Source of the DNA: Alphaproteobacteria bacterium
GTDB taxonomy: Bacteria; Pseudomonadota; Alphaproteobacteria; Bin95
Assembly: GCA_965206075.1 (NCBI GenBank)
Contig: CBDBIS010000001.1
Coordinates: 12,928-76,927 of the forward strand
Direction of reading: 5' to 3'
DNA: 64,000 nt
Shown: piece by piece, positions 28,375 to 39,757 of the stretch
Position numbering within the stretch: position 1 is the first letter of the stretch
Layout: each line of letters opens with the position of its first letter
Made by a program: the position numbers and the translations under genes
Notes under the pieces: generated by a model
Told to the model about the DNA's origin: nothing
Databases searched by the model: none
Seen by the model: the letters and a program-made list of their open reading frames with translations, nothing else

Positions 28375-29332
28375 CCCGCCGGGACCGCTCGGGGGCAGGG
28401 CCGCTTCGCGGCTTCGGCGCGGGACGGACCGTATCCGGAAGGATTCCGGCAACGGTCTCCGCCAGTTTCTCGACCAGGGCCATGCGTGGATAGCCCTTCC
28501 GGTGCACCAGCCGGATCGTCCGCCCGGCTGTGCCGCTCCGTTCGCGGCGAATGGCGATGCCCGTATCTGCCGCCCGCCTGCCCGCCAGGCTCATGGCCGG
28601 CACCAGGGTAATGCCGTCGCCCGAACCGACAAGCGCCAGGATCGTGGGCAGGCTGGTCTTCTGCGTCCTCGGGCCGGACATGTCGAACGCACGCGACCGG
28701 TCCAGCTTGCACGCCTCGAATACCTGGTCCCTCAGGCAATGGCCGTCGGAGAGCAACAGCATTTCCTCCGGCTCGATCTGCTCGATATCGACGGTATCGT
28801 GCCGGGTCAGCGGGTGCTCCTCGGGAACAGCCACCCAGAAAGGCTCGTCATAGAGGACGATCTCCGAGAGGTTCGCGCGGGTGGGGGCCGTGGCGAGGAT
28901 GGCGAGGTCGAGGCGCCCGTCGGCCAGCTGCTGTTCCAGGTGGTCGGTGAAGTCCTCGATCAATTCCAGTCCGACCTCCGGCAGATGCTGCTTGAGCGCC
29001 GGCAGCAGCACAGGTGTCAGGTAGGGGCAGACCGTCGGAGGCATACCGAGCGTGCAGGCGCCGACGAGCGGGTCGCTGTGCGCCGCCGCGATCTTCTCCA
29101 TCTCCTCCACCTCGCGCAGGATTTCCCGCGCGCGGTCCACGATCCGGGCGCCGACCGCCGTCACCCTGACATATCGCTTGGTGCGCTCGAACACCTTTAC
29201 GCCGAGGCGGTCCTCCAGCTTGCGCAACTGGCCGCTCAGGGCCGGTTGGCTGGCGTTGCAGCGCTCCGCCGCCCGGCCGAAATGCAACTCCTCGGCGACG
29301 GCGACCAGATATTCGAGATCGCGGGTGTTCAT
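28352..29332 (-). CDS. oxyR: LysR-family hydrogen peroxide-inducible activator
   Basis: LysR HTH (TRDLEYLVAVAEELHFGRAAERCNASQPALS). Redox cysteines (GACTLG ... DGHCL). Divergent from katG. Confidence 0.87.
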   Translation of the reverse strand: MNTRDLEYLVAVAEELHFGRAAERCNASQPALSGQLRKLEDRLGVKVFERTKRYVRVTAVGARIVDRAREILREVEEMEKIAAAHSDPLVGACTLGMPPTVCPYLTPVLLPALKQHLPEVGLELIEDFTDHLEQQLADGRLDLAILATAPTRANLSEIVLYDEPFWVAVPEEHPLTRHDTVDIEQIEPEEMLLLSDGHCLRDQVFEACKLDRSRAFDMSGPRTQKTSLPTILALVGSGDGITLVPAMSLAGRRAADTGIAIRRERSGTAGRTIRLVHRKGYPRMALVEKLAETVAGILPDTVRPAPKPRSGPAPERSRRAKPRRGR

Positions 29333-29389
29333 GACGGCATTGCCTCCGTTCGACCCCCGGTATCGACTCTCATTTGTAATCGGTATTAA

Positions 29390-29475
29390 CGATAAAAACA
29401 ATGCTTTTTGCTTATTTGACTTATTTCAATCACCGAAATATCTTCCCCGTCCGGGCTCTGCAGCATGCTGCCGCG
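29390..29475. promoter_or_regulatory. AT-rich oxyR-katG intergenic region with OxyR-type binding repeats (ATcG..ATTaacGAT..AAT..)
   Basis: Marked AT-rich stretch in an otherwise GC-rich context between divergent oxyR and katG. Resembles the ATAG-N7-CTAT tetrad architecture. Confidence 0.45.
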
Positions 29476-29523
29476 ACGCGGCATCTCCGGGCCTTCCGAA
29501 CGGCGCGGATGACGAGACGATGA

Positions 29524-31743
<2,220 letters not shown>

Positions 31744-31764
31744 CCTTCGCGCAGGTTTGCCTGA

Positions 31765-31802
31765 GAGGCCCCCGGGGCGCATTGGCCCCGGGGGCCTTTT
31801 GC
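31765..31802 (+). terminator. Rho-independent terminator after katG
   Basis: GAGGCCCCCGGGGCgcattgGCCCCGGGGGCCTTTT perfect GC stem followed by a T-run. Confidence 0.75.
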
Positions 31803-31874
31803 ATGGGCAGGCCGTTCGGTCCGGGAGACGTTGCGCCGGGCGGGGTCCTGCCGGGCAAGAGGACCCCAGCGAAG

Positions 31875-31901
31875 TGTCATGGAGTGTCATGAAATGTCAT
31901 G
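31875..31901 (+). repeat. Iteron array C: 3x TGTCATG, 10-bp period, overlapping the 3' end/stop of the TerS-like gene
   Basis: aagTGTCATGgagTGTCATGaaaTGTCATGttc. The gene's stop codon (TGA on the minus strand) lies inside repeat 2. Confidence 0.9.
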
Positions 31902-32876
31902 TTCGAGGGCGGAACCGGCGTCCTCCGGCCCGGTCTTCCTCTTCTTCTTTTTCTTCTTCTTTCCCGTCGCCGGTCCACTCCAGCCACCGTCTTCGCCGCC
32001 CTGCCATTCGTCGCGTTCGATCCGATCCCGCCTTCGCTCCTCGCGTTCGGCCGGCGACCAGGGGTCGTAGATGTCGGCGTAGCCGTTGCGGCGCTGGTAG
32101 AGCCAGTCGTGCTCCGCGCCGTCGGCCCGGTCGTCGTCGATCATGCCGTCAGTCCGGTCGTCGTAGGCGGACCTGTCGTCGCCGGCCCAGGGGCAGTCTT
32201 CATAGGCCTCCTCGGGCGGGTCGTCGGCGGGCGGCAGGTCGTTTGCCGGTGCGGGCGGGGTCTCGAAGCCGACGGGCAGGCATGCGCGCTCCTCGACCGC
32301 CCCGGCGAGCCTCCGGGCGGCCTCCTCATGCGCGGCTTCGTCGAAACCCTCCTGCGCCTCCAGTTCCTCGCGGCTTTCGCGGTGGCGGGCGAGCGCGCGT
32401 TCGGCCCGGTCCCGGCCCCGGCGCACGGCCTCGGCCAAGGGTCCGGGCTCGGTGCCGACCTCAAGCGCCTCGCCCGCCTCGATCTCTCCGAGTTCGTCCT
32501 CGTGCGGCAGCGGCCAGAGCCGGGCGCGGGCTCCGCCGGCGGGCGCGACCAGCCCGGCAATCTCCGCCTGGAAGCGCAGGACCCGGAGCATGGTATAGGC
32601 GGACCCGCTGGCAACGGCCGCATCCCACGCCTGCTCCAGCCGGGCCAGCACGATCTGCGCCTCGTCGCGCTCGGTGCGCTTCCAGGACAGGCGGATGCGC
32701 CGCAGGCGCTCCACCACATAGGGGCGTTCGAGCAAGGCGCATCCGGTCTGGCGGGCGGAGCGCTCGGAATAACCGGCCTGCCTTGCGGCGCCGGCGGCAT
32801 TGCCGGAGACGGCATAGTGGCGGCAGAAGGCTTCCTGACGGGTGGAGAGGGCAATGGCGGGCTGGATGATGGGCAT
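31887..32876 (-). CDS. Orphan phage terminase small-subunit (Terminase_2/P27-family HTH) domain protein with long acidic tail and poly-Lys C-terminus
   Basis: N-terminal LSTRQEAFCRHYAVSGNAAGAARQAGYSERSARQTGCALLERPYVVERL matches the TerS DNA-binding domain. The rest is D/E-rich low complexity ending KKKKKKKRK. AGGAG RBS before MPIIQ. No large terminase or other phage genes nearby. Confidence 0.7.
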   Translation of the reverse strand: MPIIQPAIALSTRQEAFCRHYAVSGNAAGAARQAGYSERSARQTGCALLERPYVVERLRRIRLSWKRTERDEAQIVLARLEQAWDAAVASGSAYTMLRVLRFQAEIAGLVAPAGGARARLWPLPHEDELGEIEAGEALEVGTEPGPLAEAVRRGRDRAERALARHRESREELEAQEGFDEAAHEEAARRLAGAVEERACLPVGFETPPAPANDLPPADDPPEEAYEDCPWAGDDRSAYDDRTDGMIDDDRADGAEHDWLYQRRNGYADIYDPWSPAEREERRRDRIERDEWQGGEDGGWSGPATGKKKKKKKRKTGPEDAGSALEHDIS

Positions 32877-32925
32877 GGCGGCTCCTCGGTTCGGTTCCCG
32901 TTCTTTCCGTCCCGTCATCGGAGCG

Positions 32926-33040
32926 ACCCTGTTTTGCGCGCGTTTCGCGTGCGCGGGCGGCTGGGCGCGCGTCAGCGCCGGCGCGGTTCGTGCGCCTGAT
33001 TGCGCGCGTGAGCCGGAGGGCGCACTTCGCCTGTCTGCCG
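32926..33040 (-). repeat. ~115-bp conserved GC-rich leader (copy 2) upstream of the TerS-like gene
   Basis: Paralogous to 7736-7850 (see feature there). Confidence 0.8.
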
Positions 33041-33097
33041 AATCGGGGTCGTTCCGCGCCGGGCCGGCACGGGCGGGAGGCGGTCCATGGTCACCGC

Positions 33098-33135
33098 CTC
33101 CCTGGAACCTATTCTAGCATATTTTCCTAGAATGC
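33098..33135 (-). promoter_or_regulatory. Putative promoter with overlapping palindromic operator ATTCTAG-N9-CTAGAAT for the TerS-like gene
   Basis: Minus-strand reading gcTTGCATtctaggaaaatatgcTAGAATagg. The dyad ATTCTAGcatattttCCTAGAAT overlaps the -35/-10 elements. AT-rich islet. Confidence 0.4.
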
Positions 33136-33592
33136 AAGCCCCTGTCCCGAATTTATTTTCGAGACCTTCGGGAAAGACCCGTCGCGCCGGGAGGGAGAAG
33201 CCGCGCGCATCTCTCCTCTCCCCGCTCCCGCTGCTGCCGGTGGAAAGCGGGCCGGGGTTCGGGGGACAGGCGGCCTTCCTCTTTTCCCCCTCCCTCGCTT
33301 GCGAGGGAGAGCCTGCCCCGGACCGCGATCCGGGGGCCGGCGTGGGAGCCTCTCTCTCGGCGTGACGGGCGGTTGCCGGGGCTTCGCCCGCCGCTTCCGC
33401 AGGCGGAAGCGGCCCCTCACCTTGCCTTCTCCCTGAGGGAGAGGGTCTTCCGGGAGTGTGTTTCCGTCCTCTCCGTCATGGGGACCGGCGCGCCCACCGC
33501 TTTCGCCAGGGCAGGCGGTGGGATGGCATTCTCTGTGAGTTGCAACCCGGCGCCGTCGGTATGGGTTCTCCGGGAGCGCGGCCGGGAACCGC

Positions 33593-34096
33593 TTAACCCC
33601 GTTCCGCCCGGTAGGCTTCGAGCGCGGCGAGCAGCGCCTGGACGAACGTCATGCGCGGGGCCCAGGGTTGGAACCGGCGTTCGGGGAACTCGGGCAACGG
33701 GATGAAGAGGCTTGAGGCGACCGCCAGCGGGTGGTCGGCGGAATTTGCGAAGGCGAGCACCGGAACCCCGCGCGCCTGCGCCGCCGCCGCGACCCTGACA
33801 GCGGAGACGTCATCATCGGAAAGGCAAATGGCTACAACCAGATCCTCCCTGTCGAGGGCCGAGACATGCCGCTGAGCCGCATCGGCGGGCGACTCGACCC
33901 GGAAGCAGCGGCAACCGAGCTGCGTCAGGCCGTAGAACAGGTAGGCGGCAATCCAGGAAGCAGGCCGATATCCGACAATATGGATGGAGCGGGCCCGGTC
34001 CAGCATCCCGATCGCCTGGCGGAGAGCGACCGCGTCGACATTCCGTTTCAGCTCTTCGATGGCCGCAATGGACATGTCCGCAACGTTATGGAGCAT
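33593..34096 (-). CDS. SIS-domain protein lacking the N-terminal HTH; possible truncated MurR/RpiR paralog or pseudogene
   Basis: ~35-40% identity by eye with the SIS half of the adjacent RpiR regulator. No HTH in any upstream frame. Confidence 0.5.
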   Translation of the reverse strand: MLHNVADMSIAAIEELKRNVDAVALRQAIGMLDRARSIHIVGYRPASWIAAYLFYGLTQLGCRCFRVESPADAAQRHVSALDREDLVVAICLSDDDVSAVRVAAAAQARGVPVLAFANSADHPLAVASSLFIPLPEFPERRFQPWAPRMTFVQALLAALEAYRAERG

Positions 34097-34664
34097 TGCG
34101 CGGCTCCTGTTTCGACCGTTCCAGGCAATGGCCGGGCGGAATGCCAGCCCGGCGTGGGTCGCGCAGATGCACAGTGAGGAGGATGGTCGGTTTCGGACAG
34201 GGAAACGACGGTCTGCAGGGGTAACGGCGCCCCCGGTCAGCCCGGAATCGAAATGAGCCTCCGGCGGATTTGCCGAGCGACAGACAAGACGGGCGCATAC
34301 CCACAGAAAATAGAAATGCCTTGGCCTTGGCGAACGAGATTGGCGATCCGCTTCCAATCCGGCGACCGCGGCCCGGTGAAGCGGATCGACCCAGCGTCGA
34401 GCGAGCCTGGTCCGCCACGGTCCGGCAAAGCCGGTAGGAGGTTGACATAACTGGAGTTTCCGTCCGGTCTGCTGCGTGCTGTCTTGCGAGGCACGGCATC
34501 TCCCCTTCGATATTAGTAGGCATTATAATAGAAAATATATTTCATTGACAATAACTAAAGAGAATATAGACTTCGATCCTCTTGGCTCAGGCCGTAGAAA
34601 ATTGTTTCATCCTGTGCCATCAAGCCGCTGTCAGGCTCCGGGCTATGCTGCGTTGGAGAAGAGT

Positions 34665-35534
34665 ATGGCGAGCACAAAGCTGCCGTGGGACTATCCCCGG
34701 CTGCACAGAGCTTTTTTGGACCGGTTCGAGACGCTCAGCCCCCATCTGAAGCGCATTGCGCGCTACGCCTTGTCGGATCCCAGCCGGTTCGCATTGCAGA
34801 CGGTGGCAGAGATTTCGCAGGGCTGCGGGGTCCAACCCTCCACGGTTGTTCGTTTCGCCAAGACATTCGGTTTTTCGGGCTTCTCCGACATGCAGAATGT
34901 CTTTCGATTGCGCCTGATCGGAGGCTCCGAATCCTATCGGGAACAGGTTCACGAGCATCGGGGCAGGCTCGGAGCCGTTTCCGGCGACGATCCGGCGGCC
35001 ATACTCCACGAGTTCGCAAGCGCGTCCGTCCTCGCAATCGAGCGTCTGAAGGAAACGCTCGACGCGGACATGTTGCGGGAGGCGGCTGCGATGATGAACG
35101 AGGCGGCTTCCATTTACCTTGTCGGGGAACAGCGCGCGTTTCCGCTCACTTCCTGCTTTGCATATGCGTTGATCGAACTCGGATGCCGATGCCATATGCT
35201 GGACCCTGCCGTCGGGACGATGGCTCGCCAGATCGCGGCCGTCGCCACGGACGAGCTTCTGGTCGCGATCGGCTTGGACGAGCTACCGGAGGCGGTTCTG
35301 GACGCCGTTTCGGATGCGCATGAGCGCGGAGTTCCGGTGCTCGCGATCACCGATTCGGAGGTAAACCGGCTTGCGCGCGATAGCAGGCTCTGCTTCGTGC
35401 TGCGCGATGCGGAAGTGCACCGGATAGCCCCGTTGGCTCCACACGTCGTCCTGGCCCAGTCTCTTGTCATTGCGCTTGACGGGCTGAGATACGGGGAGCG
35501 GTCGGGCGTCATGCAGCGAGAGGCGGTCGGATAG
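34665..35534 (+). CDS. MurR/RpiR family transcriptional regulator (HTH_6 + SIS)
   Basis: HTH_6 (LQTVAEISQGCGVQPSTVVRFAKTFGFSGFSD) plus SIS domain. GGAGAAG RBS before MASTKLP. AT-rich promoter islet 34500-34660 upstream. Confidence 0.85.
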   Translation: MASTKLPWDYPRLHRAFLDRFETLSPHLKRIARYALSDPSRFALQTVAEISQGCGVQPSTVVRFAKTFGFSGFSDMQNVFRLRLIGGSESYREQVHEHRGRLGAVSGDDPAAILHEFASASVLAIERLKETLDADMLREAAAMMNEAASIYLVGEQRAFPLTSCFAYALIELGCRCHMLDPAVGTMARQIAAVATDELLVAIGLDELPEAVLDAVSDAHERGVPVLAITDSEVNRLARDSRLCFVLRDAEVHRIAPLAPHVVLAQSLVIALDGLRYGERSGVMQREAVG

Positions 35535-35724
35535 CCCGGTAGCTGCGGAAGCCTTTGCCTGTCCGGCGGGTGCATTTGCCGCAATATCCTTCCTGACAGT
35601 TCGGTCCGGCAGCACGAAGGGTGCCCTCACGCGCGCGTTCGAGTTCGCCTAACGTCTTGTATTGGGAAATCAAAATGCAATTTTCGGAAAATTAGATGCA
35701 AAAAACGCATATCGGGCCAACGGT

Positions 35725-35975
35725 CATCGATCGGAACCGATTGCGGGGCCGTCGCCCCGGACCCCGATCCGGGGCCCATCCCTGAACGGAGAGGCGCGCA
35801 CAGCCGGCCGTTACAGGGCGGATGCCCTCGGCAACCCTTCATTTGCACCGCCCAAGCAGGTCGAGATGGCCGGAGATGGGCCCCGGATCGGGGTCCGGGG
35901 CGACGATATGGAGACGCAATCTGCGTATAAGTTCGAAGTTGAGCCCGCTGGTATCGGGTGCGGTATGGAACCGGA
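35725..35975. repeat. Composite RIME/MITE-like repeat block
   Basis: GGGCCCCGGATCGGGGTCCGGGGCGAC and CCCGCTGGTAT units shared with other copies. Confidence 0.75.
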
Positions 35976-35981
35976 TATCGG

Positions 35982-36941
35982 CTAAGCGCCGGTGCTGTAG
36001 TAAGCCCGGTACCAGGAGGCAAAGCGGGGCAAGCCCTCGTCGATGGCGGTTCGGGGAGCGTAGCCGAAATGCCGGGCTGCTTCGCCGATATCGGCGCAGG
36101 TCTCCAACACGTCGCCCGGCTGCATTGGCTTGAATTCGATATGCGCCTGCGTTCCGAGCGCGGCTTCAAGCACGCCGATGAAGCGCATCAGCGGCTCAGC
36201 GCGGCCGTTGCCGATATTGTAGATCCGATGCCCGTCCCCGGTCCGGTCGAGCGCGCCGAGCGTGCCCGCCACCGCGTCCTCGACGAAGGTGAAGTCGCGG
36301 GCGAGCCGGCCTTCGTTGAAGACCGGGATCGGCTTGCCGGCGAGCATGGCGCGGGCGAACAGGGTCGGCGCCATGTCCGGCCGGCCCCACGGCCCGTAAA
36401 CCGTGAAGTAGCGCAGCCCCGTCGCGCGGAAGCCGTAGAGATGCGCGTAGCTCTCGGTCATCATCTCGTCGGCGCGCTTGGTGGCGGCGTAGAGCGAGCG
36501 CGGCCGGTCCGCCGCCGCATCCACAGCGAGCGGCCCCGAGCCCGCATCCCCATAGACCGAGGAGGAGCTGGCATACACGAAGTGCGACACGCGCCGCCGC
36601 CGCGCCAGCTCCAGCAGGTTCAGATGCCCGGCGATGTTGGCGCGGACATAGGCGCGCGGGTTCTCCAGCGAATAACGCACGCCGGCCTGCGCGGCGAGGT
36701 GGAGGATGCGTTTCACCCCGCCCGCTGGCAGACGGTCCATCGCTTCGTCGTCGGCGATGTCGGCGCGCTGGAAGGCGAAGCCGGGCAGGCCGATCAGGCG
36801 GGCCAGCCGTGCGCGTTTCAACACCGGGTCGTAATAGCCGTCGAGATTGTCGATGCCGATAACGGCTTCGCCGCGAGCGAGCAGGGCGGCGGCGGCGTGC
36901 ATGCCGATGAAGCCGGCGACGCCGGTGACGAGAATGCTCAT
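35982..36941 (-). CDS. NAD-dependent epimerase/dehydratase (UDP-glucuronate 4-epimerase-like)
   Basis: GVAGFIG Rossmann motif and YxxxK (YAATKRA). Confidence 0.87.
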   Translation of the reverse strand: MSILVTGVAGFIGMHAAAALLARGEAVIGIDNLDGYYDPVLKRARLARLIGLPGFAFQRADIADDEAMDRLPAGGVKRILHLAAQAGVRYSLENPRAYVRANIAGHLNLLELARRRRVSHFVYASSSSVYGDAGSGPLAVDAAADRPRSLYAATKRADEMMTESYAHLYGFRATGLRYFTVYGPWGRPDMAPTLFARAMLAGKPIPVFNEGRLARDFTFVEDAVAGTLGALDRTGDGHRIYNIGNGRAEPLMRFIGVLEAALGTQAHIEFKPMQPGDVLETCADIGEAARHFGYAPRTAIDEGLPRFASWYRAYYSTGA

Positions 36942-37082
36942 GGGCTCGGGTTTCGCGCTGCGGGCAGAGCCGCACCATAGCCGAGGCGACACGACGCGCA
37001 ATCTCCGGGCAGTCGCCAGCCTCGACCCCGGCCGGCCGGGGCGCTATACCGCGCGCGCCCGCCCAAGCTCCGGGAGCCCGGC

Positions 37083-38669
37083 ATGAGCGACGACCGCCTC
37101 TACCTCTTCGACACGACCTTGCGCGACGGCGCCCAGACTCAGGGCGTGGATTTCAATATCGCGGACAAGGCCGCCATCGCCCGCGACCTCGATGCGCTGG
37201 GCATCGACTATGTCGAAGGCGGCTGGCCGGGCGCCAATCCGACCGACGACGGCTTCTTCGCCGATCCGCCCGTGCTCTCCCGCGCGCGCCTCACGGCGTT
37301 CGGCATGACACGCCGGGCCGGGCGGTCCGCGGCCAACGATCCGGGCCTCGCGGTCACGCTGCGCTCGCGCGTCGATACCGTCTGCCTGGTCGGCAAGGCC
37401 GACGCGCGCCATGCCGAATCGGCCCTTGGCGTATCGCTGGACGAGAACCTTGCCATGATCCGCGATTCCGTCGCGGAGATCGTCCGGCGCGACAAGGAGG
37501 CACTCTTCGACGCCGAGCATTTCTTCGACGGCTACAAGGCCCGTCCGGACTACGCGCTCAAGGTCCTGGAAACGGCGCTCGAGGCCGGCGCGCGCTGGGT
37601 CGTGCTCTGCGACACCAATGGCGGAACGCTTCCCGATGAAATCGAGGCCGCCGTCTCGCGGGCCGCGCAAGCGGTGCCCGGCGCCCGCCTCGGCATCCAC
37701 ACGCACAACGATACCGGCAATGCCGTCGCCAACACGCTCGCCGCCGTGCGCGCCGGCGCGCGCCAGGTGCAGGGCACCTTGAACGGCCTCGGCGAACGCT
37801 GCGGCAATGCCGACCTTGTGGCGCTGCTGCCGACGCTCACCCTCAAGATGGGCTTCGGAACCGGGGTTCCGGCGGAAGGGCTGGAGCGCCTCACGCAGGT
37901 CTCGCGGGCGTTCGACGAGCGGCTCAACCGCCCCTCGAACCGCCATGCTCCCTATGTCGGCGCGTCGGCCTTCGCGCACAAGGCGGGCCTGCACGTCTCG
38001 GCGGTGGAGAAGGACCCGGCCTTCTACGAGCATGTCGCGCCGGAGGCGGTCGGCAACAAGCGCCAGATCCTGGTGTCGGACCAGTCCGGCCGTGCGAACA
38101 TTCTCTCGCGCTTCCGGGAGATCGGGCTTGAGGTGGACCGGGACGATCCGCGCGTCGCGCGCCTGGTCGATCTGGTGAAGGAGCGCGAGTTCGAGGGCTA
38201 TGCCTATGACGGCGCGGTGGCGAGCTTCGAGCTGCTGGCCCGCCGGATGCTCCAGACCGTGCCGGACTACTGGTCGCTGGACAGCTTCCGCGTCACCGAC
38301 GAGCGGCGTTTCAATGCAAGGCGCGAGCTGGTGACGATGTCGGAGGCGGTGGTGAAGCTTTCCGTCGAGGGGCGCCGGTCGATGCAGGTGGCGGAGGGCA
38401 ACGGGCCGGTGAACGCGCTCGACGCCGCGCTCCGCCTCGCGCTCCTGCCGGACTATGCCCGTCTCGAAGGCGTGCGGCTGACCGACTACCGCGTGCGCAT
38501 CCTGACGCCCGGCGACGGCACGGCGGCCGTCACGCGCGTCCTGATCGAGAGCGCCGACGAGACGGGCGCGCGCTGGACCACGGTCGGCGTTTCGGGGAAC
38601 ATCATCAATGCCTCCTACGAAGCGCTGAACGACAGCCTGACCTACAAGCTGCTCAACGCAGGACGGTGA
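37083..38669 (+). CDS. cimA: (R)-citramalate synthase / 2-isopropylmalate synthase family protein
   Basis: LFDTTLRDGAQ...HTHNDTGNAVANTLAAV HMGL-like TIM barrel plus C-terminal LeuA-dimer domain. 528 aa, typical of CimA. Confidence 0.85.
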   Translation: MSDDRLYLFDTTLRDGAQTQGVDFNIADKAAIARDLDALGIDYVEGGWPGANPTDDGFFADPPVLSRARLTAFGMTRRAGRSAANDPGLAVTLRSRVDTVCLVGKADARHAESALGVSLDENLAMIRDSVAEIVRRDKEALFDAEHFFDGYKARPDYALKVLETALEAGARWVVLCDTNGGTLPDEIEAAVSRAAQAVPGARLGIHTHNDTGNAVANTLAAVRAGARQVQGTLNGLGERCGNADLVALLPTLTLKMGFGTGVPAEGLERLTQVSRAFDERLNRPSNRHAPYVGASAFAHKAGLHVSAVEKDPAFYEHVAPEAVGNKRQILVSDQSGRANILSRFREIGLEVDRDDPRVARLVDLVKEREFEGYAYDGAVASFELLARRMLQTVPDYWSLDSFRVTDERRFNARRELVTMSEAVVKLSVEGRRSMQVAEGNGPVNALDAALRLALLPDYARLEGVRLTDYRVRILTPGDGTAAVTRVLIESADETGARWTTVGVSGNIINASYEALNDSLTYKLLNAGR

Positions 38670-39385
38670 GCCGCCCGCCCGCCATCGTGCTGGTGCGCCC
38701 GCAGCTCGGCGAGAATATCGGCATGGCCGCGCGCGCGATGCTGAATTGCGGGCTGGACGAACTCAGGCTCGTCGCCCCGCGCGACGGCTGGCCGAACCCG
38801 GCGGCGCAGGCAGCCGCAGCCGGCGCGGACGCCGTGATCGACAAGGCGCAGGTTTTCGGCACGGCGGCCGACGCCGTTGCCGAGCTGCAGATCGTGCTGG
38901 CGGCGACGGCGCGGCGGCGCGATGTCGAAAAGCCCGTCCACGGTCCGCGCGAGGCGGCGCGGCTGCTGCGCGAGTCCGGCGCGCGGACGGGTGTGCTGTT
39001 CGGCCCGGAGCGCAGCGGCCTCGACAATGACGAGCTGGGCCTCGCCGCCGCCATCGTCGAAGCGCCGCTCAACCCGGCCTTCCCTTCGCTCAATCTCGCG
39101 CAGGCCGTGTTCCTGGTGGCGTGGGAGTGGCGCATGGCCGGCCCGCCGCCCGTCCCGCCGCCGCCGAGCGAACTGGCAACGGCGGACGCTTTCGAGGGCT
39201 TCTGGCAACATCTGGACGGCGCGCTCGACGATGCCGGCTATTACCGAGAGCCGAAGCTCAGGCCCACCGTCCAGCGCAATCTCCGCGCCCTCTTCGCCCG
39301 CGCCGGCCTCACCGGCCAGGAAGTCCGCACGCTGCGCGGCGTCGTCGCCCGGCTTGCGGCGGGAGGGCGGGGAAAGGACGAATAG
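38666..39385 (+). CDS. SpoU/TrmH-family RNA 2'-O-methyltransferase
   Basis: SPOUT fold motifs (LVRPQLGENIG...VLFGPERSGL). GTG start overlapping the cimA stop. Confidence 0.8.
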   Translation: MSRPPAIVLVRPQLGENIGMAARAMLNCGLDELRLVAPRDGWPNPAAQAAAAGADAVIDKAQVFGTAADAVAELQIVLAATARRRDVEKPVHGPREAARLLRESGARTGVLFGPERSGLDNDELGLAAAIVEAPLNPAFPSLNLAQAVFLVAWEWRMAGPPPVPPPPSELATADAFEGFWQHLDGALDDAGYYREPKLRPTVQRNLRALFARAGLTGQEVRTLRGVVARLAAGGRGKDE

Positions 39386-39403
39386 CGTCCCCGAGGAGCG
39401 GTT

Positions 39404-39757
39404 TCATGCGGCGCGGCGGGGCGCGACCTCCCGTTCGATCCGCGTACGCAGGGCGTCGGAGGCGTCCAGTTCGTACCGGATCTGGAGATTGATCCAGAAT
39501 TCCGGCGTGGTCCCGAAATAGCGCCCCAGCCTGAGCGCGGTATCGGTCGTGACGGCCCGCCGGCCGCGCACAAGGTCGTTCAGGCGCGCCCTGGAAACCT
39601 TCAGCGCCCCGGCCAGCGCATAGACGCTGAGGCCCATCGGCGCCAGGAACTCGTCGCGCAGGATTTCGCCGGGATGCACCGGCGCCAGCCGCCCGCCGGC
39701 GGCGATATCCGAAAACTGCACCGCGCCCCGGTCGAGGTCAGCGGCATATCCGGACAT
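39404..39757 (-). CDS. higA: HigA-family antitoxin (XRE HTH)
   Basis: VHPGEILRDEFLAPMGLS...LAGALKVSRARLNDLVRGRRAVTTDTALRLGRYFGTTPEFWINLQ is the HigA signature. The start could also be the upstream Met at 39778. Confidence 0.75.
   Translation of the reverse strand: MSGYAADLDRGAVQFSDIAAGGRLAPVHPGEILRDEFLAPMGLSVYALAGALKVSRARLNDLVRGRRAVTTDTALRLGRYFGTTPEFWINLQIRYELDASDALRTRIEREVAPRRAA

Noticed and set aside
25753-28452. 899-aa ORF on the - strand
   Set aside because: Runs antisense across the PhyH, DapA-like and 2OG-oxygenase genes. Composition-driven stop-free frame, no motifs.
35958-36980. 340-aa ORF on the + strand
   Set aside because: Antisense to the epimerase gene, which has clear Rossmann/YxxxK motifs on the other strand.
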